A DNA stretch of 61,181 nt, counting the filler. It is 4 parts of 4 records of this genome, joined end to end, with 100 filler letters (N's around TTAATTAATTAA, not from the genome) between each part and the next. Parts side by side here need not be neighbours in the genome. Positions count along the whole stretch, not along the records: positions 39,098 to 55,743 come from SRR20825019_1632; 3 more parts are not named here. The stretch is one strand, 5' to 3'. Of this stretch, positions 43,456-53,000 are shown piece by piece. The notes beneath the pieces are model-generated. The model was given only the letters and a program-made list of their open reading frames with translations. It was not told where the DNA came from and searched no databases. Numbering within the stretch: the first letter of the stretch is position 1; every line of letters begins with the position of its first letter. Both the position numbers and the translations under genes were made by a program.

Positions 43456-43824
43456 ATGGACAAGCACGTACTGCTGGTCGAGGACGAAGTGAATATCATA
43501 GAGGCCATGCGCTTTTTGCTGACGCGCGACGGCTGGAAGGTGGGCACCCATTCGGACGGGGCCACTGCCGTATCGGCGATCCGCGATGCGCGGCCCGATC
43601 TGGTGGTGCTGGACTATATGCTGCCGGGCAAAAGCGGCATCGAGATTTTGACCGAACTGCGCGCCTTGCCCGATTTTGCGGGCCTGCCGGTGCTGATGCT
43701 GACCGCACGCGGCCAGTCGCGCGACCGCGAGCTGGCGGAAAGGGCGGGGGTCAATCGGTTCATGACCAAGCCGTTCTCGAACTCCGAAGTGTTGAACGCC
43801 GTGCGCGATCTGGTGCGGGTCTAG
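43456..43824 (+). CDS. Single-domain response regulator receiver
   Basis: LLVEDE, VVLDYMLP, LMLTARG, FMTKPF; no output domain. Confidence 0.92.
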   Translation: MDKHVLLVEDEVNIIEAMRFLLTRDGWKVGTHSDGATAVSAIRDARPDLVVLDYMLPGKSGIEILTELRALPDFAGLPVLMLTARGQSRDRELAERAGVNRFMTKPFSNSEVLNAVRDLVRV

Positions 43825-43827
43825 GCG

Positions 43828-44109
43828 ATGGCGCGGGGCCCGTCCTCTCCGGTGTTCCTGGAACGGCGCAGCTATCGCCGCCGCCGTTTGAAGGATGCGC
43901 AACGATTGTTGCCGGTGCTGGGGATGCTGCTGTGGATGGTGCCGGTGCTGTGGCCCACGCGGAATGAAACCGGGCATATCACCATGTCCGCAGCCATCTA
44001 CTATGTCTTTGGTGTGTGGTGCCTGCTGATCGGGCTCAGCTTCGGACTGTGGCGAGGTTTGAAACGCAAGGGTGACGAGGGAACGGAGCCACCGGCGGGT
44101 GATCCCTGA
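43828..44109 (+). CDS. Small 2-TM membrane protein
   Basis: VFLERRSYRRRRLKDA followed by two hydrophobic segments; its stop overlaps the kinase ATG. Confidence 0.8.
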   Translation: MARGPSSPVFLERRSYRRRRLKDAQRLLPVLGMLLWMVPVLWPTRNETGHITMSAAIYYVFGVWCLLIGLSFGLWRGLKRKGDEGTEPPAGDP

Positions 44110-46799
44110 TGGCGTCGCTGAACCTGCTGGTCGGCGTCAGTCTGGTCTATGTGGCATTTCTCTTTGCCGTGGCCTTTGCCGCAGAGCGCGCCGCCGTGCG
44201 CGGGCGCAGTGGCTGGTTGCGCACGCCGCTGGTCTATACGCTGTCGTTGTCGATCTATTGCACGGCCTGGACATTCTACGGAGCTGTTGGCTATGCCGCG
44301 CGCTCGGGGATGGAATATGTGACCATCTACCTTGGCCCGTCACTCGTGATGATCGGCTGGTGGTGGGTGCTGCGCAAGCTGGTGCGCATCGGGCGCAGCC
44401 AGCGGGTGACTTCGGTCGCTGACCTGATCTCGGCCCGCTATGGCAAATCGAACACGCTGGCCATCGTCGTCACGCTGATGGCCGTGGTCGGAGTGACGCC
44501 CTACATCGCGCTTCAGCTGCAATCCGTGACGCTGGCCCTGTCGATCTTCTCGGGACCGCCCGACGCCGAGGGGCTGAACGGGTTGAACCCACTTTCTGCG
44601 GGGTTCTGGGTTGCCGGAGGGCTGGCCGTCTTTACCGTCCTGTTCGGCACCCGCAACCTGAATGCCAACGAACGTCACGACGGCGTGGTCATCGCCATTG
44701 CCGTCGAAGCGGTGGTGAAGCTGGTGGCGTTGATGGCCGTGGGTATTTTTGTGGTCTGGGGCATCGCGGGCGGCATCGGCCCGATGATGGAGCGCATCGA
44801 TGCAAGCGCGCTGGGCACATGGGAGCTGGACCGCAGCCGCTGGGCCGCGCTGACCGTGCTGTCGGCGGCGGCATTCCTGTGCCTGCCGCGCATGTTTCAG
44901 GTGCTGGTGGTCGAGAATGACGACGAACGGCATGTGCAGATCGCAAGCTGGGCCTTTCCTGTCTACCTGATGCTGATGAGCCTCTTTGTGGTGCCCATCG
45001 CCGTTGTGGGCCTGAACCTGCTGCCTGCGGGGTCGAACCCGGATCTGTTTGTGGTCAGCATACCGCTGGCGCAGGGGCAGACCGGCCTTGCCGTGCTGTC
45101 GTTTCTGGGCGGCTTTTCATCGGCCACGTCGATGGTGATCGTGGCCACGCTGGCGCTGTCGACGATGGTGTCGAACCATGTGGTCATGCCCATCTACCTT
45201 AGCCTCAAGCCCGGCGGGGCCAGCATGTCGGGGGATGTGCGCAATGTGATCCTGCTGGCGCGGCGGCTGTCGATTCTGCTGATCATCGCGCTGGGCTATG
45301 TCTATTACGTCTTGTCCGGCGGCAGCGGCGCACTGGCGGCCATCGGCCTGATTTCATTCGCCGGTGTGGCACAGTTCCTGCCCGCGATGCTCGGCGGGAT
45401 TTTCTGGCGGGGTGCGACCCGGATGGGGGCGTTGTCGGGCCTGTGCCTGGGGTTCGCGATCTGGGTCTATGCGTCGCTGTTGCCCAGCTTTGGTCAGGAC
45501 GCGGTGTTGCCGGCGTCCTTCTTCGATGTCGGCCCCTTTGGCATCAACTGGTTGCGACCCTATGCGTTTTTCGGGATCGACGGCATGGACCCGACCGTGC
45601 ACGCGGTGTTCTGGTCGTTGTTGCTGAACACGGGCGTGTTCATCGTGGTGTCGCTGTTGACCTTCCCCAAGCCGTTGGAGCGGCTGCAGGGTGCGCAATT
45701 CGTCAACGTCTTTGATCATTCGGGGCAGGCGCGGGGCTGGCATGCGTCAGTTGCGGCCTCGGAGGATCTGATGATCATGGCGCAGCGCATCCTCGGCGCT
45801 TCCGAGGCGCAGGCGCTGTTTCGCGCGGCAGCCCGCGCGCAGGGTATGACCGGCCATCTGCCCGAACCGACCCCTGCGTTTCTGGAGCGGTTGGAGCGCG
45901 AACTGTCTGCCTCTGTGGGCACCGCCACCGCACATGCGATGGTCAGCCAGATGGTCGGCGCGGCATCGGTTTCGGTCGAGGATCTGCTGGCGGTGGCGGA
46001 CGAATCCGCGCAGATGCTGGAGTATTCCAGCCAGCTGGAAGCAAAATCCGCCGAGTTGAGCCGCACCGCTGGCCAGCTGCGCGAGGCCAACGAAAAGCTG
46101 ACGCAGCTTTCGGTGCAAAAGGATGCCTTTCTGGGACAGATCAGCCACGAGTTGCGCACGCCGATGACCTCGATCCGCGCCTTTTCAGAGATCATGCGCG
46201 ACGCCGAGGGACTGAGCGTGGCCGAGAAGACGAAATATGCCTCGATCATTCATGTCGAGGCGATCCGTCTGACCCGGCTTCTGGATGACCTGCTGGACCT
46301 CAGCGTGCTGGAAAACGGTCAGGTCAGCCTGAATTCGGCGACCGGACCGCTGGAGGCGGTTCTGGACCATGCCGTGATCACGGCACAGGCCAGCGGAGAC
46401 GGACGCCTGCGGGTCACGCGCGATACGGCGGCGGGGGACACGATGGTGACCACCGATCTGGACCGGTTGGGGCAGGTGTTCATCAACCTGATCACCAACG
46501 CCCAGAAATATTGCCGCGCGGCCGCACCGCATCTGGAGATTTCCGTGCACGCCGATGCGGAGAGGCTGGCGGTCGAGTTTCGGGATAACGGCACGCCGAT
46601 CCCCGACGCTGCCCGTGCGCTGATCTTTGAAAAATTTGCGCGCGTGGCCGAGGGCGACGGGTCGGGTGCCGGGCTGGGGCTCGCGATTTGCCGCGAGATC
46701 ATGGCGCGGTTGGGCGGCGACATCACCCATGTGCCCCAGGCGGCTGGAAACGTCTTTGTGGTTCAGATCCCGCGCCGCCAGATGTCGGCGGGCCAGTAA
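44109..46799 (+). CDS. SLC5 (sodium:solute symporter)-STAC-histidine kinase (CrbS/CbrA-like)
   Basis: YTLSLSIYCTAWTFYGAVG, DLISARYGK, PYIALQL, ERELSASVGTATAHAM (STAC-like), SHELRTP, NLITNA, GAGLGL. Confidence 0.92.
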   Translation: MASLNLLVGVSLVYVAFLFAVAFAAERAAVRGRSGWLRTPLVYTLSLSIYCTAWTFYGAVGYAARSGMEYVTIYLGPSLVMIGWWWVLRKLVRIGRSQRVTSVADLISARYGKSNTLAIVVTLMAVVGVTPYIALQLQSVTLALSIFSGPPDAEGLNGLNPLSAGFWVAGGLAVFTVLFGTRNLNANERHDGVVIAIAVEAVVKLVALMAVGIFVVWGIAGGIGPMMERIDASALGTWELDRSRWAALTVLSAAAFLCLPRMFQVLVVENDDERHVQIASWAFPVYLMLMSLFVVPIAVVGLNLLPAGSNPDLFVVSIPLAQGQTGLAVLSFLGGFSSATSMVIVATLALSTMVSNHVVMPIYLSLKPGGASMSGDVRNVILLARRLSILLIIALGYVYYVLSGGSGALAAIGLISFAGVAQFLPAMLGGIFWRGATRMGALSGLCLGFAIWVYASLLPSFGQDAVLPASFFDVGPFGINWLRPYAFFGIDGMDPTVHAVFWSLLLNTGVFIVVSLLTFPKPLERLQGAQFVNVFDHSGQARGWHASVAASEDLMIMAQRILGASEAQALFRAAARAQGMTGHLPEPTPAFLERLERELSASVGTATAHAMVSQMVGAASVSVEDLLAVADESAQMLEYSSQLEAKSAELSRTAGQLREANEKLTQLSVQKDAFLGQISHELRTPMTSIRAFSEIMRDAEGLSVAEKTKYASIIHVEAIRLTRLLDDLLDLSVLENGQVSLNSATGPLEAVLDHAVITAQASGDGRLRVTRDTAAGDTMVTTDLDRLGQVFINLITNAQKYCRAAAPHLEISVHADAERLAVEFRDNGTPIPDAARALIFEKFARVAEGDGSGAGLGLAICREIMARLGGDITHVPQAAGNVFVVQIPRRQMSAGQ

Positions 46800-46827
46800 C
46801 GGGCAGGCTTCAGGCGCGGCGTGCATC

Positions 46828-46843
46828 TAAAGCCAATGGTAAC
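46828..46843 (+). promoter_or_regulatory. Degenerate CtrA-like box upstream of the fliM-like gene
   Basis: TAAA-N7-GTAAC versus consensus TTAA-N7-TTAAC. Confidence 0.45.
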
Positions 46844-46890
46844 CATTATTGCGCTAGGACGGAGTCATCCACATCCAGGGCAGGGGTGCC

Positions 46891-48069
46891 ATGAGCGCAA
46901 GCGATCCGACTCCTTCGGTTCTGCGTCGCAAGACGGCGGCAGGACAACAGCAGCATCAGGCGCGGTCGGTGACCGTGGCCAAAGCGATGCGTCTGTCGAT
47001 TGCCAAGGTGGGGCTGGATGTCTTTGACATGGCGATTCAGGCGATTGGCCTGCTGGTCGAGGACCGCAGCCAGGAGGCGTGCATCGACATGATGGATGCG
47101 GCCAACCTGTTGGTCCTTCTGGACGGACCACAGGGGCGCGTGGGTGCTGCGATGATCGACGCGGAATTGGTCGGCGGGCTGATCCAGCAACAGACGATGG
47201 GGCGCGTGGTGCCATCGGCGGGTGCGCCGCGTGCGATGACGGTGACAGACGCCGCCATGTGCGCACCGTTGCTGGACGCCCTGTTCGACAAGGCATCAGC
47301 CGCAGTCGAGGACGAGGCCGATCGGTTGCTGTTGCGCGGCTTTACCTTTGGCGCCCGCTCGGAAGAACCGCGGCTGGTGGGCATGGCGTTGGAAAATGCG
47401 GAATATCGCGTCATCCGTCTGACGCTGGACTTGGCCAAGGGGGTGCGTCAGGGCGATCTGGTGCTGTTTCTGCCAGTTCTGCCCATGCATGATCCCGAAG
47501 GTGGCGGGCTGGACGGCAGCGACGAGGAAGGGGAGACTGAGGGCACTTCGCGCAGTATGACCGATGTCGTGATGCACCTTGAGGCGGAGCTGATGGTGCA
47601 ACTGTGCCATGTGCGGATGAACCTGTCGGACCTGACCCGACTGGCACCCGGCGATGCAGTCCTGCTGCCGCCCGGTACGTTTCCTGCGACGCGGATCATG
47701 GCGCAGTCGGGCAAATGTCTGGGCACGGGGACGCTGGGACAGGTGGATGGTCAGCGCGCATTGAAGATCGACCGCGAACCGGCCCATGCCAAACAGCCCC
47801 AACGCCGCCTGTCCGATCAGCCCGAGGTCGAAATGCCCGTCGTGGCGCGGATTGACATGGGACAGGGCGGGGTGCCAGCCTTGACCGACATGGCCCCGAT
47901 GGAGATGCCGGGCACCGTGCCTGCGGCCCCTCCATTTGACAATGAGGATGTGCCGTTGCCGCAGATGGACGACCTGCCGGATCTGAATGCCTTGCCCGAG
48001 CTTGACGATCTGCCAGATCTCGCGGACCTGCCGGATTTGGGCGACCTGCCAGAAATCAAATCGGCCTGA
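46891..48069 (+). CDS. FliM/FliN (SpoA) C-terminal domain protein with acidic repeat tail
   Basis: LIQQQTMGRV...TVTDAAM, C-terminal LAPGDAVLL...GTLGQVDGQRALKI. Confidence 0.8.
   Translation: MSASDPTPSVLRRKTAAGQQQHQARSVTVAKAMRLSIAKVGLDVFDMAIQAIGLLVEDRSQEACIDMMDAANLLVLLDGPQGRVGAAMIDAELVGGLIQQQTMGRVVPSAGAPRAMTVTDAAMCAPLLDALFDKASAAVEDEADRLLLRGFTFGARSEEPRLVGMALENAEYRVIRLTLDLAKGVRQGDLVLFLPVLPMHDPEGGGLDGSDEEGETEGTSRSMTDVVMHLEAELMVQLCHVRMNLSDLTRLAPGDAVLLPPGTFPATRIMAQSGKCLGTGTLGQVDGQRALKIDREPAHAKQPQRRLSDQPEVEMPVVARIDMGQGGVPALTDMAPMEMPGTVPAAPPFDNEDVPLPQMDDLPDLNALPELDDLPDLADLPDLGDLPEIKSA
47968..48057 (+). repeat. Five 18-nt coding repeats (xxLP[DE][LI])
   Basis: DDLPDL NALPEL DDLPDL ADLPDL GDLPEI. Confidence 0.85.
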
Positions 48070-48100
48070 CGGATGGTCTGGATCACCAGACAGGTGGCTT

Positions 48101-48526
48101 TCAGGCCCCGGACATCGCCGTCAGCGTGGGCCGCAAACCTTCCAGATCGTAGCCACCCTTGCGGGCGGTCTCCAGAATGTCATCGACGCTTTGCGTGCCG
48201 GCCTGACCCAGCGCCCAGATCACCGTGCATCGTGTGCCCGAGGCGCAATAGGCCAGAACCTTGCCCGGCGCATCGGCGACAAAGCCCATTTGCGCCGCGA
48301 TATTGTCGGGGGTCATGGTCTGATGCGTCAGCGGCAGAACCTTGAAATCCAGCCCCGCCTCTTGCGCTGCGACGGCCATCGCGTCTGCCTGATGGCTGGG
48401 CGGGTTTTCCGCGTCGGGCCGGTTGCAGATCACACGGGTGAAGCCTGCCTCGGCGATGGCGGGCAGGTCTGCCGGATCAATCTGCGGCGATACGAAATAG
48501 GCGGGGGTGATTTGACGAATATCCAT
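48101..48526 (-). CDS. TIGR01244/DUF442 family sulfurtransferase
   Basis: VSPQI, ICNRPDAE, LAYCASGTRC. Confidence 0.92.
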   Translation of the reverse strand: MDIRQITPAYFVSPQIDPADLPAIAEAGFTRVICNRPDAENPPSHQADAMAVAAQEAGLDFKVLPLTHQTMTPDNIAAQMGFVADAPGKVLAYCASGTRCTVIWALGQAGTQSVDDILETARKGGYDLEGLRPTLTAMSGA

Positions 48527-48535
48527 AGCGCAGGT

Positions 48536-48967
48536 CTAGGCCGATGCCGTCCGTCTGTCCAGTATCTGACTGACGCGCGGCGCTGCCGCCATGCCGACCA
48601 TCATCGCCACCAGAAACACCACACCCGGGATACCGCCATACCCCAGCGAGGCCATCGCAGGCCCGGGGCACAGACCAACCAGCCCCCAGCCAATGCCGAA
48701 CAACACCGACCCGATTACCAGCCTGCGGGTGATCTCGGTCGAGGGGCGGGACGGGAACATGCTGCCGACCAGCGGCTTGCGGCCCGCGGTCAGCCGCCAT
48801 GCCACTGCCATGGGTACAATCGCGCCACCCATGACAAAGGCCAGCGTCGGGTCCCATGCGCTGAAGATGTCCAGAAACCCCTGCACGCGGTTGGTGTCGG
48901 TCATGCCCGACAGATGCAGGCCCAGCCCGAACAGGCCGCCTGCGATCACTGCAATGATCAGCCGCAT
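48536..48967 (-). CDS. YeeE/YedE family sulfur transporter subunit
   Basis: SGMTD...VQGFLD...WDPTLAFVMGGA, FGIGWGLVGLCPGPA. Confidence 0.9.
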   Translation of the reverse strand: MRLIIAVIAGGLFGLGLHLSGMTDTNRVQGFLDIFSAWDPTLAFVMGGAIVPMAVAWRLTAGRKPLVGSMFPSRPSTEITRRLVIGSVLFGIGWGLVGLCPGPAMASLGYGGIPGVVFLVAMMVGMAAAPRVSQILDRRTASA

Positions 48968-48968
48968 C

Positions 48969-49397
48969 TTACAGACCTCCCATCAGAGCGCGCAGACCGG
49001 CCACGGTGGCCACCCCTGCGCCGATGTAGATCAACGTGGCGATGATGCCGCGAACGCTCAGCCTTGAGATCCCGCAGACCCCGTGCCCCGAAGTGCAGCC
49101 GTTTGCCAGCCGCGTGCCCAAGCCAACGGCCAGACCGCCCGCGATCAACAGCATTGGCGAGGCGGTGGCATGGGTTTCGACGCGGGCGCTACCCAGATAG
49201 TGAAACAGCGCAGGCACTGCGATCAGCGCGGCGATAAAGGCGACAGCCTCGGCCCAGCCGCGCCGTGCGGTGCCGTCCAGAAGCCCGCCCAGAATGCCGG
49301 ACGCGCCCATGATCCGCCCGTTGCCGAGCAGCAAAATCGATGCAGCCGTGCCGATGATCAGCCCGCCGAACAGGCCCCAAAGCCAAGAGACTTCCAT
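48969..49397 (-). CDS. YeeE/YedE family sulfur transporter subunit
   Basis: GRIMGASG, GTRLANGCTSGHGVCGISRLS. Confidence 0.9.
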   Translation of the reverse strand: MEVSWLWGLFGGLIIGTAASILLLGNGRIMGASGILGGLLDGTARRGWAEAVAFIAALIAVPALFHYLGSARVETHATASPMLLIAGGLAVGLGTRLANGCTSGHGVCGISRLSVRGIIATLIYIGAGVATVAGLRALMGGL

Positions 49398-49413
49398 ATA
49401 AGATCCTTAGCTA

Positions 49414-50280
49414 TCAAAGTTTGTTGACGGGCAGTTTCAGCATCACGTCACCGTTGTCGTCCGCTGGTGGCAGATGACCTGCGCGCATGTTCACCTGCAA
49501 TGACGGCAGGATCAGCTTGGGCATGCCCAGCGTGGCATCGCGATCCTGACGCAGTTGCACGAAATCGTCGCACTCCACGCCACCGCCGATGTGCACGTTG
49601 GCCGCTTTTTCCTCGGCGACGGTGGTTTCCCAAGCAAATTCCTCGCGTCCCGGTGCCTTGTAATCGTGGCCCACGAAAATGCGGGTCTGGTCGGGCAGCG
49701 ACAGGATGCGCTGGATCGAGGCGTAAAGGTCGGTGGCCGAGCCACCCGGAAAGTCGCACCGTGCGGTGCCGAAATCGGGCATGAACAGCGTATCGCCCAC
49801 AAAGGCCGCATCGCCGATCACGTAAGTCAGGCAGGCGGGCGTGTGTCCCGGCGTGTGCATCACATCGCCGCGCATCTGTCCGATGTGAAAACTGTCGCCA
49901 TCTGCGAACAACTGGTCAAACTGCGATCCGTCGCGCTGGAATTCGGTGCCTTCGTTAAAGACCTTGCCGAATGTGTCCTGCACCACGGTGATGTTCTTGC
50001 CGATGCCGATCTTGCCGCCGATGCGCTCCTGGATGTAGGGCGCTGCTGACAGGTGATCGGCGTGCACATGGCTTTCCAGGATCCACTGGCACTCAAGGTC
50101 ATTTTCGCGGATATGTGTGATGATCCGGTCGGCGCTGGCGGTGGATGTGCGTCCGGCCGCATGGTCGAAATCCAGCACCGAGTCGACCACCGCACAGGCG
50201 CGGCCTGCCGGGTCCTTGACCACATAGCTGACGGTGTTGGTGGCCTGATCGAAAAAGGCTGTGACATCTGGGTGAAACAT
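49414..50280 (-). CDS. MBL-fold persulfide dioxygenase (Blh/ETHE1-like)
   Basis: ESHVHADHLSAA, TPGHTPAC, GDTLFMPDFGTARCDFPGG, GHDY; GGAGAG RBS before ATG 50280. Confidence 0.92.
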   Translation of the reverse strand: MFHPDVTAFFDQATNTVSYVVKDPAGRACAVVDSVLDFDHAAGRTSTASADRIITHIRENDLECQWILESHVHADHLSAAPYIQERIGGKIGIGKNITVVQDTFGKVFNEGTEFQRDGSQFDQLFADGDSFHIGQMRGDVMHTPGHTPACLTYVIGDAAFVGDTLFMPDFGTARCDFPGGSATDLYASIQRILSLPDQTRIFVGHDYKAPGREEFAWETTVAEEKAANVHIGGGVECDDFVQLRQDRDATLGMPKLILPSLQVNMRAGHLPPADDNGDVMLKLPVNKL

Positions 50281-50345
50281 GGGGCTCTCCAGCGTTTGTG
50301 TATTCAACATATGAACACCAAGCGCCGGTTTGCAAGCTCCGGGCC

Positions 50346-50588
50346 TCAGCCGAGGAAAATACCCAAGACCACCAGCATCAGACCAAAGGCCGAAACAAAC
50401 AGCGCGCCCACATTCAGCGGCACCACCGATTGCAGCACGGCGCGCATGGCGTCGTCGTCCAGTTGCGACCGCTTGGCTCGGGCCACGCGGATTATGCACC
50501 AAACCAGCCCTGCAAGGCCGATAAGCGATATCGCCGCACCGGCCCAGATGAGCAGGTCGAAGATCGGGAATGAGGTCTGTTGTTCCAT
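50346..50588 (-). CDS. Small 2-TM hypothetical protein
   Basis: Two hydrophobic helices, LQSVVPLNVGALFVSAFGLM; fills the gap between tonB and the MBL gene. Confidence 0.75.
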   Translation of the reverse strand: MEQQTSFPIFDLLIWAGAAISLIGLAGLVWCIIRVARAKRSQLDDDAMRAVLQSVVPLNVGALFVSAFGLMLVVLGIFLG

Positions 50589-50624
50589 GCGCACCCGCTA
50601 CTGCATTGTCGGGCGCTGGGCAAG

Positions 50625-51614
50625 TCAGCCGTTGAAATCCAGCGCGATGGTGAACGTATAGGCGGGCTTGGTCAGCCCGTTTGGCGCGCGGGCAAAGCGG
50701 CGGGCGCGTTTGACGGCGGAAATCGCGGCCTGATCCAGTGCCGCATTGCCAGAAGAGGCCACCACCCGCACCGATTGCAGCACGCCAGAAGGCGCGATGG
50801 ACAGTGCCAGCTTTGTGCGGCCTGCACCCGCGCCGCGTGGGGATGCGGCGTTGCGGCGCACCTTGGACTGGATGGCTGCCCCCCATTGCGCTTGAAGGGC
50901 GTTGGCGCGGGCAGTGGACAGGCTTTGGGTTTGCGCCGCGCCGCCGGTGCCTGCGGTGGCGGATTTGGCAGCCTTGCCCTTTGCGGTCGATTTGGCTTGT
51001 GGGGCCGATGCGGTGGCAGCGGGCTTGGGTTTGGCAGTCGGCTTGGCCTTGGCGGGCGGTGACAGGTCACGCGGGCGCAGCTTGGGGCGTTTCGACGTGC
51101 TGGCGGTGGTGTCCTGAAATTGCGGGAGGTCCGGCGTTGGCGCGACCGCAGCCAGTTGGTCCGGCGCTGCGGGGGCAGGGCGCGCGTCGGTGCGGGCTGA
51201 GGGGGTGTCCTGCGGCGACACTTCGGGTTGCGCCGGTTGGGCCACTTCGGTTTGCGGCTGCACTTTGGGCATGGGATCGGGGATCGCGGGCAGTGCGGGC
51301 GCCGCCATGTCGAACTGCGGCGCTTGCGGCAGGGCCGTGGTGGCTGCGGGCGCGTCGGTCACGGGGCGGGTGGGAGCGGCCTCCACAATGGCCTGTGCCT
51401 GCGGCATGGCAATTTCGGTGAGGGGCGCGGGGGGCTGCTCCCACGCCTCGGCCAGTGCGGCCATCGCGGCCGAGGCGGGGGCCACTGTCGCCGCCTCCGC
51501 GCCTGTATCACCCGCTGAGGACGCCCCTTGCGGTGCCGGAAACGCCGCCCACAGGCCGACGTGGGCGCCTGCAGCCAGTGACAGGAAAACAGCGGCTTCG
51601 ATCAGGCGCATCAC
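50625..51614 (-). CDS. tonB: Energy transducer TonB
   Basis: N-terminal anchor (SLAAGAH), Pro/Ala-rich spacer, C-terminal SSGNAALDQAAISAVKRA. Confidence 0.88.
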   Translation of the reverse strand: MMRLIEAAVFLSLAAGAHVGLWAAFPAPQGASSAGDTGAEAATVAPASAAMAALAEAWEQPPAPLTEIAMPQAQAIVEAAPTRPVTDAPAATTALPQAPQFDMAAPALPAIPDPMPKVQPQTEVAQPAQPEVSPQDTPSARTDARPAPAAPDQLAAVAPTPDLPQFQDTTASTSKRPKLRPRDLSPPAKAKPTAKPKPAATASAPQAKSTAKGKAAKSATAGTGGAAQTQSLSTARANALQAQWGAAIQSKVRRNAASPRGAGAGRTKLALSIAPSGVLQSVRVVASSGNAALDQAAISAVKRARRFARAPNGLTKPAYTFTIALDFNG

Positions 51615-51991
51615 TTTGCCCCCGTGATCAGTTCGACTCCGTCGACCCCTGCTGCCGCCAGCTTTGGCAGAAGGGCGGCCAGCTTCGTCGCAGGCAGGGC
51701 CGCGTCGGCACGCAAGGGCAGCACGCCCTGGTGGCCGGACAGCGCCGCCAGGGCCGCGTCGCCCGTCGCACCGCCATAGGCCAACATGCCATCCGCCCCG
51801 ACATAGAGCGCGTCGGGGTCCAGCGGTGCAGCCTCGGAGGTGCTGTCGGGCACGGTGACGTCGATGGGGTCCGGCGGCGCGATCTGGGCGCTCATCAGGA
51901 AAAAGATCAATAGCAGGAACACCACGTTGATCATCGGCACGATGTTTTCAGCGGGGCGGCGCGGGGGCGTTGCGGGCGAGAAATCCAGCAT
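51611..51991 (-). CDS. exbD: ExbD/TolR family protein
   Basis: IVPMINVVFLLLIFFLM, LRADA. Confidence 0.88.
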   Translation of the reverse strand: MLDFSPATPPRRPAENIVPMINVVFLLLIFFLMSAQIAPPDPIDVTVPDSTSEAAPLDPDALYVGADGMLAYGGATGDAALAALSGHQGVLPLRADAALPATKLAALLPKLAAAGVDGVELITGAK

Positions 51992-51993
51992 GG

Positions 51994-52365
51994 CTATTCC
52001 ACCACGATCAACTGCGTCAGACCTGCGGCACGCAATTCGTCCAGCGTGCGGACCAGATCCTGTACCGTGGCGTCGCCGCGTGCCCGCAGCAGGACAGCAT
52101 CATCGGGGGCTGACATCAGCGGTGCAAGGGCGGCGGGCAGGTCATCAACCGCCACGCCGTTCAGGGTGAGACCACCTGCGTCGATCCCCACCAGACGCGG
52201 CGGGCCGGAATAGGCAGCACCACTGCCCGCCGTCTGCAATGGCAGGGCAAAGTCGGTGCCAAAGCGCGCGGCCAGCATAAAGAACACCAGCAGCAGAAAC
52301 ACCACGTCGATCATCGGCGTGAGGCTGGGCCTGCGGGCGGGCCGTATGGGGCCAAAGCTGAACAT
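51994..52365 (-). CDS. exbD: ExbD/TolR family protein
   Basis: SLTPMIDVVFLLLVFFML. Confidence 0.88.
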   Translation of the reverse strand: MFSFGPIRPARRPSLTPMIDVVFLLLVFFMLAARFGTDFALPLQTAGSGAAYSGPPRLVGIDAGGLTLNGVAVDDLPAALAPLMSAPDDAVLLRARGDATVQDLVRTLDELRAAGLTQLIVVE

Positions 52366-53000
52366 CAGGGGGCCTTGGGGCCTCGGGTAAAGACGCGGGT
52401 CGCGGCGGTTTCCATGTCGCCTTGCAGGCGCGCGGCGATGCTCTCGAACCACGTCAGCGCCACGCCTGCGGGGATGGCCACGGCCATGCCTGCGGCTGTG
52501 GTCAGCAGCGCCTCCCAGATGCCACCGGCAAGGGCTGCGGGATCGGCGCGGCTGCCGGCCTCTTGCAGCGCCTGAAAGGCGTCGATCATGCCGACCACCG
52601 TGCCCAGAAGCCCCAGCAACGGGGCGGTGGTGGCGATCAGTTCAAGCGCGCGCAGGCCGCTGCGGGTGTGGGCCAGATCAATGCGGGCATGGGCGGTGGT
52701 TTCCTCGCGCGCCTGTGCTTCGCTTAATGCCGGGTCGTGGCGCGCGGTCATCGCGGCCAGCGCCATGCGGGCACGGATGGACCGGCGTCCGGCCAGTTTC
52801 GCACGGGCGCTGTCCACATCGCCCTGCGCCCAGTCGTCCAGTGCCGCCGCCGTGGCCGCGCCAGACCATGCGCCCAGCCGCGCAAGTTGCCACAGCTTCC
52901 ACAGGATCAGCGCCATCGTCAGCACCGACAGCGCCGCGATCAGCCACAGCACAGGGCCGCCGCGTTCCAGAAAGGCGATCATCGAGGGTGGCAAAATCAT
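52365..53000 (-). CDS. exbB: MotA/TolQ/ExbB proton channel
   Basis: APLLGLLGTVVGMI, GGIWEALLTTAAGMAVAIPA. Confidence 0.92.
   Translation of the reverse strand: MILPPSMIAFLERGGPVLWLIAALSVLTMALILWKLWQLARLGAWSGAATAAALDDWAQGDVDSARAKLAGRRSIRARMALAAMTARHDPALSEAQAREETTAHARIDLAHTRSGLRALELIATTAPLLGLLGTVVGMIDAFQALQEAGSRADPAALAGGIWEALLTTAAGMAVAIPAGVALTWFESIAARLQGDMETAATRVFTRGPKAP

Noticed and set aside
40481-43977. Long antisense ORFs (40481..41872 +, 463 aa; 42139..43977 -, 612 aa) and similar shadow ORFs
   Set aside because: They mirror well-supported genes on the opposite strand in high-GC DNA and show no recognisable motifs.
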